DNA of 64,000 nt from Clostridia bacterium. Its GTDB lineage: Bacteria > Bacillota > Clostridia > HGM11514. Where the stretch lies: positions 22,680 through 86,679 of the forward strand of contig JAZNAU010000020.1 of the NCBI GenBank assembly GCA_045586685.1. The letters run 5' to 3'. The stretch's first letter is position 1. Each line of letters starts with the position of its first letter. The notes beneath the pieces are model-generated. The model was not told the origin of the DNA and did not search any database. It saw only the letters and a program-made list of their open reading frames with translations. The translations under genes were made by a program, and so were the position numbers. This document shows positions 39,211-48,890 of the stretch, in pieces.

Positions 39211-39897
39211 ATGATTGGATTGATTGGCGCAATGCGCATTGAAGTAGAAGCATTGCAAAAGGAAATGATACAAAAAAAACAAGAGGTCATTAGCGGTATG
39301 ACCTTTGTCAGCGGAATGTTACACGGAAAAGAAGTTGTTGTTGCCGAAAGCGGTGTAGGAAAAGTATTTTCCGCTCTTTGTGCACAAACCATGATTTTAC
39401 ATTATAAAGTAACACAAATTATAAACACCGGCGTTGGCGGAACATTGACAGATCAGCTGTCTATCGGACAGATTGCCATAGCAGATCAGGTGGTTCAGCA
39501 TGATATGGATACCTCTCCTTTAGGCGATCCTGTGGGATTACTTTCCGGCATTAACATGGTAAAAGTCCCTTGCGACCCAGCCATTATACATTTACTGGAG
39601 AAAAGTGTAAAGAAAACGGGAATTCCCTATGCAATCGGCACCATTGCCTCAGGGGATCAATTTATTCATTCCAATGAACAAAAAGAAAGAATTGTTTCTC
39701 TGTTTCAAGGAATTTCTTGCGAAATGGAAGGCGGAGCAATCGGTCACGCTTGCTACATTAACAAGATTCCCTTTGGGGTTCTTCGCGCAATTTCTGACGA
39801 TGCAGACGGCAATTCTCCAAAAGACTTCCCTGCCTTTGTTGCAAAATCTGTTGAAGTTTCCCTGCAGGTAATCCGCAATTATTTACAATTTATCTAA
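39211..39897 (+). CDS. mtnN: 5'-methylthioadenosine/S-adenosylhomocysteine nucleosidase
   Basis: N-term MIGLIGAMRIEVEAL, motifs SGVGKV, EMEGGAIGH typical of Pfs/MtnN; start at ATG 39211 with RBS GCAGGAGG. Confidence 0.85.
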   Translation: MIGLIGAMRIEVEALQKEMIQKKQEVISGMTFVSGMLHGKEVVVAESGVGKVFSALCAQTMILHYKVTQIINTGVGGTLTDQLSIGQIAIADQVVQHDMDTSPLGDPVGLLSGINMVKVPCDPAIIHLLEKSVKKTGIPYAIGTIASGDQFIHSNEQKERIVSLFQGISCEMEGGAIGHACYINKIPFGVLRAISDDADGNSPKDFPAFVAKSVEVSLQVIRNYLQFI

Positions 39898-39951
39898 TTG
39901 TGTATAAAAAACCTCAGCCTTTTTTATATTCTTCTGAATCTATATAGCAAA

Positions 39952-39990
39952 AGTCATAACCACCCGCAACCGATGGTTATGACTTTTCAT
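39952..39990. terminator. Terminator hairpin (agtcataacc...ggttatgact) after mtnN, abutting stop of SLH gene
   Basis: 10-bp stem followed by TTTCATT. Confidence 0.5.
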
Positions 39991-42239
39991 TATTGGGCAA
40001 TTATGATTCTAACCCGCCCCCCCTCTGATTGGGGCTTATCATAGTACCCTGTTAAAGAATAGTTTCCATTTATGGCATCAGATAGTGTGATGCTTGTATA
40101 ATTACTGTTATAGTCTTTTTGATACACCCAAACGGTATCACTCATAAGATAAGTTTTTGAGCCCACCTGAAATTCCGTTAAGGTCACCTGATCTGCAGTA
40201 CCCGAAATCGATTCCAACGAATGCATGGTAATTACTTGACTTCCGCTCCTTAAAATTTTCGCCGGAACACCTGCATAAACCGAATATTCCTTTTGGGAGG
40301 AAAACATGGTTTCTTCTCCCTCAATCACACAAGTATAAGTTCCGCCAACTCCCCCTCCCTGAGAAGAGCTAGTTTTCGCAGTTTTTATCATCCCATAATC
40401 ATACAAATCTCCCGTGACATCCAACAAAATCAGTTGTTCAATTTCTCCGTTTCCGTTCTTTTGTGCGTGAAGCACCTGACTGTTATACAGAGTAACACCA
40501 TCTAATCTGCGGGGAAATGCGGTTTTGTACACGCTCGTTTCATCCGATGTCGTTGTGGAAACCTCTAAGATTGTCAAATCAGAAGATAATTTGTTGTTTC
40601 CCAACGTCCGCTCGTTCCAGTTTACTTTTCCCGAAACACTGCTTGAATTTAAACGGCTCACCGTAGCTTTCCCATTGGAAAACGTTACCTTAACAGGAGC
40701 ATTGACGAGAGACTCGTAATCTTTCACTGCTGCATATTCATAGGTTTCACCTGTAGTCAACACAACAGAAACATAATGGTCTGTATAACTTTCCCCCGTA
40801 CCGCCGTCGGTGAAATTCTTTGTTCCTGATTGAGTGACATAACCATATACCGTTGTATTCATTTTAGAAGGAGAAACCACATCCGCAACACCTCCGTTTT
40901 TTCCAAGCAGTAAAGTAACCGAATCCCCATAAGAATAACTTCCGCCGGTTGCCAGCTTTTTTAAACCATTGGTGCCCTCTATGGAATAGGTTTTGCCCGA
41001 CACCGTAACTTGGGTCGGCATATCCTGATTGGGAGAAGCCCCTTCATAAACGCCAGTTACCTTGTTATTATAAGCCCACACCTGATTCAGTCCTTTGGAA
41101 TAATACACAATATCATATGAGGACAGCTGATTTGCCTCAATCACCGCACCGTTTCTGGTAACGGAAGGATTCACAAGTCCCCAGGAATCCAAAAGGCTTG
41201 AACTCGAATAGGTAAATGGCCCTTCCATTTCCCCTGTCACAACCACACCGTAATCTAAAATCCCCAAAGAATTTTTATAAGTAGTTAACAAATCTCCCGC
41301 CTCTAAAGAAGACAGCATACTGTTTAAATTCACCTTTTGGCTTTTGTGATAAACACTCAAATTCGTATCCAAATTCAATGTAACAAGACTTCCTTGGTCC
41401 GTTACTACAATATCGTCTCCCAACACCTGGCAAACGGTGTACTGTTCTATCGTTTGAGAATCGGGTACAAAGGCAACCAGGCGGTCTTGGTCCTTAATCA
41501 CCGCATCCCCCTTCTTGCCTACATTATCATACTGAAAGGAATCGGAAATCCGATAAGTTCCGTTTGAGGTAACAATTTTTTCGCTACCAACCGAGCTATC
41601 CTCAAAAGAGGTGGCAATCAACACCACATCTTCCACAATGCTGTAATTCAAAGTAGTAATATAATCCACCGTGCCGTTTTTTGGTGTGGTGGTTAACAAA
41701 TGATAGCAAAGGCGCATAACATCACGTCGGGTCAGAGTATCTCCAATAGTAAGATTCAGTTCGTCGCAAAGTCCGATTCGTTTTGCGATTCCAACCTGTC
41801 CGTATGGCCAGGAATTCCCAAAATCATCTTTCGTATATCCCAACACCTGTAAAAGCATGGTAACCGCTTCTTCGAACAAAATGGTATTATCGGGACGGAA
41901 GGTAGCATCCAGGTATCCCTTGCAAAAACCCTTATTCACCGCCAGTTGCACGAAGGGTGCTGACCAATGGTTTGCCGGTACATCTTTAAAGGGAGAAACC
42001 TTGCTTCCTGTTGCAACAGAGTCCTTAAATTCCGAGGATGCAATAACCACTTTGGCAAATTCTGCACGGGTAATGGAATCATCAAGACGAAGATCGCCGT
42101 CCGTATCCCCTTGCATAATTTCAAGTTCTGCCAGTAATAGGGCAATATCCTCTTCATTTTCCCACGCCCCAAAAACGGGCAGGCAGAAAGAAAACAAGCT
42201 TAAAATTAGGCAAACAGCCAGTAATTTTTTCAAGTCCAT
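39990..42239 (-). CDS. Large secreted S-layer-homology (SLH) domain cell-surface protein (~750 aa)
   Basis: Signal peptide MDLKKLLAVCLILSLFSFCLPVFG; SLH motif region FKDVPANHWSAPFVQLAVNKGFCKGYLDATFRPDNTILFEEAV; rest Ser/Thr/Gly-rich beta-like; start ATG 42239 with RBS AGAGAGGA, 11 nt after permease stop. Confidence 0.65.
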   Translation of the reverse strand: MDLKKLLAVCLILSLFSFCLPVFGAWENEEDIALLLAELEIMQGDTDGDLRLDDSITRAEFAKVVIASSEFKDSVATGSKVSPFKDVPANHWSAPFVQLAVNKGFCKGYLDATFRPDNTILFEEAVTMLLQVLGYTKDDFGNSWPYGQVGIAKRIGLCDELNLTIGDTLTRRDVMRLCYHLLTTTPKNGTVDYITTLNYSIVEDVVLIATSFEDSSVGSEKIVTSNGTYRISDSFQYDNVGKKGDAVIKDQDRLVAFVPDSQTIEQYTVCQVLGDDIVVTDQGSLVTLNLDTNLSVYHKSQKVNLNSMLSSLEAGDLLTTYKNSLGILDYGVVVTGEMEGPFTYSSSSLLDSWGLVNPSVTRNGAVIEANQLSSYDIVYYSKGLNQVWAYNNKVTGVYEGASPNQDMPTQVTVSGKTYSIEGTNGLKKLATGGSYSYGDSVTLLLGKNGGVADVVSPSKMNTTVYGYVTQSGTKNFTDGGTGESYTDHYVSVVLTTGETYEYAAVKDYESLVNAPVKVTFSNGKATVSRLNSSSVSGKVNWNERTLGNNKLSSDLTILEVSTTTSDETSVYKTAFPRRLDGVTLYNSQVLHAQKNGNGEIEQLILLDVTGDLYDYGMIKTAKTSSSQGGGVGGTYTCVIEGEETMFSSQKEYSVYAGVPAKILRSGSQVITMHSLESISGTADQVTLTEFQVGSKTYLMSDTVWVYQKDYNSNYTSITLSDAINGNYSLTGYYDKPQSEGGRVRIIIAQ

Positions 42240-42249
42240 CAATCCTCTC

Positions 42250-43431
42250 TTATTCATATCGTAATGCATCTATGGGATTTAAATGAGCCGCTTTTCGGGC
42301 TGGTAAAAATCCAAATATAACCCCAATCCCTACAGAAACAGTAAATGAAACAACAATCGCCATGGCAGAAGGGAAAACGGTAATACTCATCAGATTTCCT
42401 GCCACAAAGGAGAGGATTGAACCAATTACAATCCCGATGATTCCTCCTAACCCGCTAACCGTCCCCGCTTCAATGACAAACTGCTGTAAAATACTACGGT
42501 TTTTTGCACCTAAGGTTTTTCTAATGCCGATTTCACGGGTTCTTTCCGTTACAGAAACCAGCATTATATTCATAATTCCAATTCCTCCAACCAACAAAGA
42601 AATTCCCGCAATCAGCACAAGAGCAATGGTCATCATATTCATCATTTCATTCATCTGATCAATCATTTCGCTCAAGGCAATGATATTATAAAAATCATCC
42701 CCCAGCCACTTTGTCAGTTGTGCTTCCAAAATTCCTTTGGAAACAGAAATCTGATCCACATCCGTTACTTTTAGGACATAAGAGCTGATGACTGCATTGT
42801 TGTTCAGTTTGGTAGCACTTGTATAGGGCAGAAACAGGCAATCATCGGATGAATTTTCGTCGGAATCTGCCTGTTCCTCCAAAACTCCAACAACCGTATA
42901 GGAGGTTCCGTTGATTTTCAATGCCTGATTCAAGGCTTTCCCTTTGCCGAACAGCTCTTGTTCCACATAAGTTCCGATAACGCATACTTTGGCATTGGTT
43001 TCCATGTCCATATACTGCAGAAACCGTCCCTGTTCTATGGTGTAATCCTTAATCTCATCATAGCTTTCGCTGACACCTGTAATGGAGGTAGTGGTCAGAT
43101 CATCCGTCATTCCAACGGATTTTACGGAACCGTTCATTGTTACAGTAGGAGAAAGATTGGAAAAATGCTCAGGATGTTCTTCTACAAAGGTATACATATC
43201 CTTTGCCTTTACCTCTCGGTTTCCGCCACGGGACATAATGTTGACGGTAATAGAGTCCGTCCCGAAGCTTTCAAACATGGAGGTGACCTCCCCCGTCAGA
43301 CCATCCATAATACTAACCAGAACAATCACCGCCATAATCCCGATAATCACACCAAGCATGGTCAGAAAAGATCTCATTTTATTGGAAATAATACTGGAAA
43401 TTGCCAGTTGAAAGGTTTTACTCAGTTTCAT
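42250..43431 (-). CDS. ABC transporter permease, MacB/FtsX family (N-terminal TM, large extracytoplasmic domain, C-terminal FtsX 3-TM bundle)
   Basis: MKLSKTFQLAISSIISNKMRSFLTMLGVIIGI... MacB-type; start ATG 43431 with RBS GGAGG; follows ATPase gene. Confidence 0.8.
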   Translation of the reverse strand: MKLSKTFQLAISSIISNKMRSFLTMLGVIIGIMAVIVLVSIMDGLTGEVTSMFESFGTDSITVNIMSRGGNREVKAKDMYTFVEEHPEHFSNLSPTVTMNGSVKSVGMTDDLTTTSITGVSESYDEIKDYTIEQGRFLQYMDMETNAKVCVIGTYVEQELFGKGKALNQALKINGTSYTVVGVLEEQADSDENSSDDCLFLPYTSATKLNNNAVISSYVLKVTDVDQISVSKGILEAQLTKWLGDDFYNIIALSEMIDQMNEMMNMMTIALVLIAGISLLVGGIGIMNIMLVSVTERTREIGIRKTLGAKNRSILQQFVIEAGTVSGLGGIIGIVIGSILSFVAGNLMSITVFPSAMAIVVSFTVSVGIGVIFGFLPARKAAHLNPIDALRYE

Positions 43432-44161
43432 GAGTTTCCTCCTTTCTAAAGCACTGGGCACAAATGATTTCGTCCCCTTGGGCAGGCCCGTCGTAAACCA
43501 CCTTGCCATCCTGAAGTCGAATCACACGTTTTGCACGGGCGGCAATAAAGTTATCATGGGTAATTAACACAATCGTATTTCCGCTTTCATTGAGTTGTAC
43601 CAAAAAATCAATGACCTCACGGCTGGTTTTAGAATCCAGCGCACCTGTGGGCTCGTCTGCCAAAATGACAGAAGGATTTCCCGCCAACGCTCTGGCAATA
43701 GATACTCTTTGTTGCTGGCCTCCTGATAATTGGGAGGGTTTATTTTTCTTTTTATCCGACAAACCCACCCGCTCTAATGCCTGCATTGCTTTCTCATTCT
43801 GGCTTTTTTCATCCATGCCCCGATACATCAGAGGCAATTTTACATTTTCAATCACATTGAGTTTTGGGAGAAGATTATACTGCTGAAAAATAAAACCCAA
43901 AAGCTCATTTCGAATTTCAGCCAGTTCATCATTGTCCATCCGATTCACATCCCGCCCCTTTAAAAAATAGTGACCGCTGGTGGGAACATCAAGACACCCA
44001 ATGATATTCATACAGGTAGATTTTCCGCTTCCTGAGGTACCGATAATGGCAACAAATTCTCCTTCATTCACCTGAAAGGAAACACCGTCTACCGCTCGTA
44101 CCTCTTCATCTCCCATCTGATAAATTTTATAAACATCACGAAATTCAATTAACGCACTCAT
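43418..44161 (-). CDS. ABC transporter ATP-binding protein (MacB/LolD-type ATPase)
   Basis: 247 aa; Walker A GTSGSGKST, signature LSGGQQQRV, Walker B ILADEPTGALD. Confidence 0.85.
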   Translation of the reverse strand: MSALIEFRDVYKIYQMGDEEVRAVDGVSFQVNEGEFVAIIGTSGSGKSTCMNIIGCLDVPTSGHYFLKGRDVNRMDNDELAEIRNELLGFIFQQYNLLPKLNVIENVKLPLMYRGMDEKSQNEKAMQALERVGLSDKKKNKPSQLSGGQQQRVSIARALAGNPSVILADEPTGALDSKTSREVIDFLVQLNESGNTIVLITHDNFIAARAKRVIRLQDGKVVYDGPAQGDEIICAQCFRKEETHETE

Positions 44162-45885
44162 GGTCTGTTGCCTCCGCCTTGCATACCGCCTCCGGGCATT
44201 CTTCCGCCTCCTGGCATACCGCCCCCTCCTGGCATTCCTCCGCCATGGATTCCGGGCATCATAAATTCATTACCGCTCTGTATCGTAATCTCTGTCCGAA
44301 CCATATCTCCCATCTCTAATCCGGAGGTAATTTCAATCAACTCATCGTTAGAAGCACCGGTTGTGACCTGAACCGTTTTATACCCTTCAGGAGCTTTATC
44401 CTCCTTCGTTTCCTTTTCTCCCTTCACATACACTGTATTTCCGCGGTTTACAGCACCGATAGGTACAACCAAAACGTGCTGGGTATTGCTAACGGTAATA
44501 GAAACATCCACGTTCATTCCGGGGAGTAATTCCTCATCAAATTCTGTAATTTCAACAGTAATGGGATATACAGTAACACCATTTGTCGTAGTGCCGTTTA
44601 TACTAACCTTTGTTACCTGTCCTTTGTACTCTCTGCCATCCAAAGCTTCAACACTTACCAAAACCTCCTGTCCTACTTTCATTTTATTGATATCCAGTTC
44701 GTCCACATTCAAATCAAATTTCAAAGAGGACATATCAAAAATGACCGCCATTGCAACTGTTGCATTGGCAGAATTCTGATCCAGCTTATCTCCCGCCTTC
44801 ACATTTTTTTCCACCACTGTACCGGAAATAGGTGCGGTAATGGTATAATCCTCAAGCTGTTCCTGTGCTTTTTCAGAAGAAAGCTGAGCATCCCGTAAAG
44901 AAAGAGCAGAGTTTTCCAAGGACTGCGTTGTATTTTCGCTGGACAATAGGGCAACCAATCCTCCCACATTGATATAATTTCCCTTTGCAAGATAAAGTGT
45001 CTCTATTTTACCGGAGCCGGTAGAGGTAATGGTGGATTCTGAAATATATTCAAATGTCCCGCTGTCATTACAGGCAATCTCTCCAATGGTAGCAGTGGCG
45101 GTATCCTCGGGAGTCAGAACACCGGGATTTTTCACTTTAATAACTACATCCTGCACCAATGCATTCCCCGCCTTTGCATAGCTTGCAGTACGGATTTCGC
45201 TTACAGTACCGCTCAGTAATTCAGAACTATTATATACCTGTATCGAAGCTGCTTGTCCCACAGAAATTCTGCCAATATCACTTGCATTAAAGGGCAAAGT
45301 AAGCTTCATATAACTTGCATCATAAATATCCGCCAAAGGGCTTCCTTCTTGAATCTGATCTCCTGCAGACACATGAACCTGACTAATGAGCCCCGCCGCA
45401 TCAGATAAAACCCTCAAATCATTCACATTATCCACCGCATTCTGGTAATCCCTTTGTGCCCGCTGTAAATTCAGTTCTGCACTTTCCAGACTTTTTTCCA
45501 TATCGCTGGAATCAATCTGGTACAAAACATCCCCTTCTTCAACAATATCCCCTTCTTCAAAGGTACAGGAAAGAACCTCTCCCGTTACAAGAGCGGTGAC
45601 GGAATATTGGTCTTTGGGCTGAATGGTAGCAGAACCTGTAATGGTGGTTGTAATATCCCCATATGTAACCTCCACATCACTCACCTGTGCCATTGCCGCA
45701 AGGTCAGGTTCTCTTTTTTTGGTTATCAATAAACCAATGATTGCAATGACCACAATCAAAACAACAGACGCAATCATCCACTTTTTCTTATTTGCTTTTT
45801 CTTTCTTTTGAAACATCTTTTTAACATCCAAGCTCTTTAATTTCTTTATCAACATCCGACTCATCCCTTCTAAAAAATGTTTCAT
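44158..45885 (-). CDS. HlyD/MacA-family periplasmic adaptor (membrane fusion protein) with C-terminal Gly/Pro/Met-rich repeat tail
   Basis: N-terminal TM anchor, coiled-coil hairpin region (LESAELNLQRAQRDYQNAVDNVNDLR...), beta-barrel/lipoyl-like domains; tail GGGMPGGGGMPGGGRMPGGGMQGGG; true start may be internal (MSRML or MLIKK). Confidence 0.7.
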   Translation of the reverse strand: MKHFLEGMSRMLIKKLKSLDVKKMFQKKEKANKKKWMIASVVLIVVIAIIGLLITKKREPDLAAMAQVSDVEVTYGDITTTITGSATIQPKDQYSVTALVTGEVLSCTFEEGDIVEEGDVLYQIDSSDMEKSLESAELNLQRAQRDYQNAVDNVNDLRVLSDAAGLISQVHVSAGDQIQEGSPLADIYDASYMKLTLPFNASDIGRISVGQAASIQVYNSSELLSGTVSEIRTASYAKAGNALVQDVVIKVKNPGVLTPEDTATATIGEIACNDSGTFEYISESTITSTGSGKIETLYLAKGNYINVGGLVALLSSENTTQSLENSALSLRDAQLSSEKAQEQLEDYTITAPISGTVVEKNVKAGDKLDQNSANATVAMAVIFDMSSLKFDLNVDELDINKMKVGQEVLVSVEALDGREYKGQVTKVSINGTTTNGVTVYPITVEITEFDEELLPGMNVDVSITVSNTQHVLVVPIGAVNRGNTVYVKGEKETKEDKAPEGYKTVQVTTGASNDELIEITSGLEMGDMVRTEITIQSGNEFMMPGIHGGGMPGGGGMPGGGRMPGGGMQGGGNRP

Positions 45886-45989
45886 TTTCCCACTGACAAA
45901 AAAGTTCTGTTTCGATTATAATCTTTTTTCAAAAGGGTGTCAAGTCAATTTGAAAAAGATTCACAAAATGTTTACAATTCGCTCATAAT

Positions 45990-46028
45990 TAAAAACCTGC
46001 CGACTGATTTATCGGCAGGTTTTTAATT
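45990..46028. terminator. Bidirectional terminator (aacctgccga-ctgatttat-cggcaggtt)
   Basis: 10-bp stem with flanking A/T runs; ends spoVA transcript (minus) on one side. Confidence 0.6.
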
Positions 46029-46109
46029 ATACCTTGAACAGACTTTTTAAGATTTTTCCCCAAAACTTTGTAGGACGAACAACAATGATTTTCAAAACTG
46101 CTCCCTCCT

Positions 46110-46253
46110 TTACCTGATCAATAAGCATCCTGCTAACATCAACAGCATGCATAGCAAAACTATGATGATCCATTCAGGAAGAAGAAAGGTGATGAATACC
46201 GCCAAAGCAATCAATATTAAAATCAGTCCTGCTCCTCGGTTTTTCTTGCACAC
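46110..46253 (-). CDS. 47-aa hydrophobic membrane micropeptide, GTG start (VCKKNRGAGLILILIALAVFITFLLPEWIIIVLLCMLLMLAGCLLIR)
   Basis: RBS GGGGGGAG 5 nt upstream of GTG 46253; lies between spoVAD stop and terminator so likely co-transcribed; longer 76-aa ORF start lacks RBS. Confidence 0.3.
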   Translation of the reverse strand: MCKKNRGAGLILILIALAVFITFLLPEWIIIVLLCMLLMLAGCLLIR

Positions 46254-46317
46254 GGTTTCTCCCCCCTTTTCGTATTTCCACAATATGCAAAATGCTAAAA
46301 AAGGGTGCGTAAAAAAA

Positions 46318-47325
46318 TTATTGTTCAATGGAAATGGCATAACTAATGCCTAAAATACTCTCTCCCTGCATACAGGTAGTGGGACTCATGAGTGCCCCTG
46401 TGGGAGCAAATAAAATTCGCTTTAATTCTCCGTTTCTGATTCTTTTTAACAAATGACCGCACAGCACCGTACCCGCACAGGCACAACCGCTGGCACCTGC
46501 ATGAACGTCCTGTTTGCTTCTGTCATAAATCATACAACCGCAATCATCATAATTTACAGAAAAATCCAATCCGTTTTCTGCCGCAAGCCGTACCGCCAGC
46601 TCCCGTCCGACAAATCCTAAATCACCTGATACAATCAAATCGTAATCAGACACCTTTCTCCCTGTATCCTTAAAGTGATTCACCATAGTATCCACAAATG
46701 CAGGCGCCATGGCGGCACCCATATTATTGGCATCTGTTACCCCGCGGTCTACAATTTTTCCTAAAGTGGCATGAGTTATTTTGGGACCCGAGCCTGTGGC
46801 ACCCAAAACAGCCGCACCGGAACCCGTTACCGTCCATTGAGCGGTAGGAGTTCTCTGCCCGCCATATTCCAAAGGAGTTCGAAACTGTTTTTCTGCTGAA
46901 CAAAAATGACTGGAAGTGGCAGCTATGGCATATTCCACAAAGCCGCTGCTAATAAAATTTGCCGCTACAAGCATAGATTCTGCCATGGTGGAGCATGCAC
47001 CGTACACACCAAGAAGGGGTCTATGAAAATCCTTAATAGCAAAGGCAGTGGAGGTGCACTGGTTCATTAAATCCCCCGATACAATGCAACCAACTTTACT
47101 CCATTCTATCCCCGCCTTTTCCATAGCAATAGAAATTGCCTGCTTTAAAAATTTACTTTCTGCCGCCTCCCAGCTTTTTTCCTCCCAAAGAGGATCCGGA
47201 ACCAATAAATCAAAATCCGCTGCTAATTTCCCTTCACTTTCCTTTTTACTTCCCGTTGCAGCAGATTCTAAAATAACGGGAGGATTGGAAAATTCTACCG
47301 TTCTTGCACCTAACTTTATATCCAT
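46318..47325 (-). CDS. spoVAD: Stage V sporulation protein AD
   Basis: 335 aa; high similarity to B. subtilis SpoVAD throughout (GACSTMAES, ATSSHF, EYGGQRTP, VTGSGA, DLIVSGDL, DCGCMIYD, GASGCACAG). Confidence 0.9.
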   Translation of the reverse strand: MDIKLGARTVEFSNPPVILESAATGSKKESEGKLAADFDLLVPDPLWEEKSWEAAESKFLKQAISIAMEKAGIEWSKVGCIVSGDLMNQCTSTAFAIKDFHRPLLGVYGACSTMAESMLVAANFISSGFVEYAIAATSSHFCSAEKQFRTPLEYGGQRTPTAQWTVTGSGAAVLGATGSGPKITHATLGKIVDRGVTDANNMGAAMAPAFVDTMVNHFKDTGRKVSDYDLIVSGDLGFVGRELAVRLAAENGLDFSVNYDDCGCMIYDRSKQDVHAGASGCACAGTVLCGHLLKRIRNGELKRILFAPTGALMSPTTCMQGESILGISYAISIEQ

Positions 47326-47327
47326 GT

Positions 47328-47789
47328 TTACCCTCCCATTACAAGCTGAAAAACAAGGCGAATCAGCCCCAGAGTCGCAGCAGACAAAATACCGTACACA
47401 ATCACGGGCCCTGAAATAATAAACATTTTTGCCGCGACTCCTGTCACCATTCCTTCTGTTTTATACTCCAACGCAGGAGACACTACCGCATTGGCAAATC
47501 CGGTAATCGGTACCAGCGTTCCCGCTCCCGCGTGCTTTGCCAAATCATCATACCAGCCAATACCTGTAAACAACGCACTGCAGAATATCAAAATAATTGA
47601 AACAAAAGAGGAGGCAACCTCTGTGTCCATTCCAACCCATCCGAACACTTGTTTCAAGCCTTGTCCCACAGTGCAGATTCCGCCGCCGACCACAAAAGCA
47701 AAAAAACAATTTTTCCAAGACGGAGAACGGGGCGATGCCTCCGCCACCTTTTGCTGATAACGTTCATTTTCCTTTTGTCCCATACTCAT
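47328..47789 (-). CDS. spoVAC: Stage V sporulation protein AC
   Basis: 153 aa; matches SpoVAC (FVVGGGICTVGQGL, VPITGFANAV, ALEYKTEG). Confidence 0.9.
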   Translation of the reverse strand: MSMGQKENERYQQKVAEASPRSPSWKNCFFAFVVGGGICTVGQGLKQVFGWVGMDTEVASSFVSIILIFCSALFTGIGWYDDLAKHAGAGTLVPITGFANAVVSPALEYKTEGMVTGVAAKMFIISGPVIVYGILSAATLGLIRLVFQLVMGG

Positions 47790-47805
47790 CCTTCCTTTCT
47801 AAAAG

Positions 47806-47836
47806 TAGTATGAAACATTTCTTTTTGTTTTATTCT
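47806..47836 (-). promoter_or_regulatory. Forespore sigma-G/F-type promoter for spoVA operon (GAATA-18-CATACTA)
   Basis: Minus-strand -35 GAATA (47832-47836), -10 CATACTA (47806-47812), 18-nt spacer; matches GHATR-N17/18-CATXHTA consensus. Confidence 0.5.
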
Positions 47837-47909
47837 CACCTTCTCCCCCTCTTTGGCATATTATAAAAAATGAATCCCCGTATAAAACGGGAAAAAAGGA
47901 GGATTTTAT

Positions 47910-48734
47910 ATGAACGAAAGAGTTACATCATCAGAAATTCAAAACAACAGTCAACCCTGCGACTCTGTTTGTATCCAAACCAACCAGATTTACGATTCAT
48001 GCAAAGAAAAAGATTGTCTAGAAGACTTAAATGTTCTGTTCACCCGTTCTGATCAGGAATTGATTAACAGAGCAATTAACGTAAAATGTCGCAAGGCGGA
48101 AATCATCTGGGTTTACAGTGACGTGGAGGCAGTACCCTTTAACAAAGGCTTTTTCACAGTTGATATCAAATACTTTTTCAAAATTACCCTTGATGTATTC
48201 ACAGGTGTAGGAATGCCTGTACAGGTTGAAGGCCTTGCTACCTTTGATAAAAAGGTAATTTTGTTTGGCTCGGAAGGAAATGCAAAAATTTTCTCATCCA
48301 AGTACCGTCCCAACGCAGCCGACACCCAACTGAGCAAGAAAACCAATCTGCCCAATGCAGTGGTAGAAGTGGTTGACCCTATCTGCTTAGGTGCAAAACT
48401 TGTGGAAAAATGCACTTGTTGCTGTGAAGACCCCTGCAACATTCCTCAGTTTATCTGTGGATGTTTCAATGACGAACTGGTTTCATGTGACGAAAACAAA
48501 GCAGTTTTAGTATCTCTGGGATTGTTTACCATTGTCAGACTGGAACGGAAATCTCAGCTTCTCATTCCGTCCTTTGATTTTTGCATTCCTCAGAAGGAAT
48601 GTGTGTCTGCATCCGATGATAACCCCTGCGATTTATTTGAACGAATCCAGTTCCCCTTTGATGAATTCTTCCCACCTCAAAGAGAAAATTTTGACGATTG
48701 TGATACAGATTATCGCAGTCATTGCTGCAAATAG
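47910..48734 (+). CDS. Cys-rich 274-aa protein of unknown function, candidate spore coat/late sporulation protein
   Basis: About 27 Cys in clusters (CTCCCEDPC, CGCF, HCCK); upstream CACC-17-CATATTATA resembles sigma-K AC-N17-CATAnnnTA; RBS AAGGAGG; divergent from spoVA. Confidence 0.55.
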   Translation: MNERVTSSEIQNNSQPCDSVCIQTNQIYDSCKEKDCLEDLNVLFTRSDQELINRAINVKCRKAEIIWVYSDVEAVPFNKGFFTVDIKYFFKITLDVFTGVGMPVQVEGLATFDKKVILFGSEGNAKIFSSKYRPNAADTQLSKKTNLPNAVVEVVDPICLGAKLVEKCTCCCEDPCNIPQFICGCFNDELVSCDENKAVLVSLGLFTIVRLERKSQLLIPSFDFCIPQKECVSASDDNPCDLFERIQFPFDEFFPPQRENFDDCDTDYRSHCCK

Positions 48735-48890
48735 AAAAATGTCCGCCCGTATACGGTTTGTTCTTAAGGGCGCTAATTTTAATAGGCTGAACGAAATCAA
48801 TCGTTCAGCCTTTTATCGTAGAGTTTAGTGATTTCTGACAAACCACATCGTATGGGATAATGTTCACATCGTTATACACTACAAGGTATG

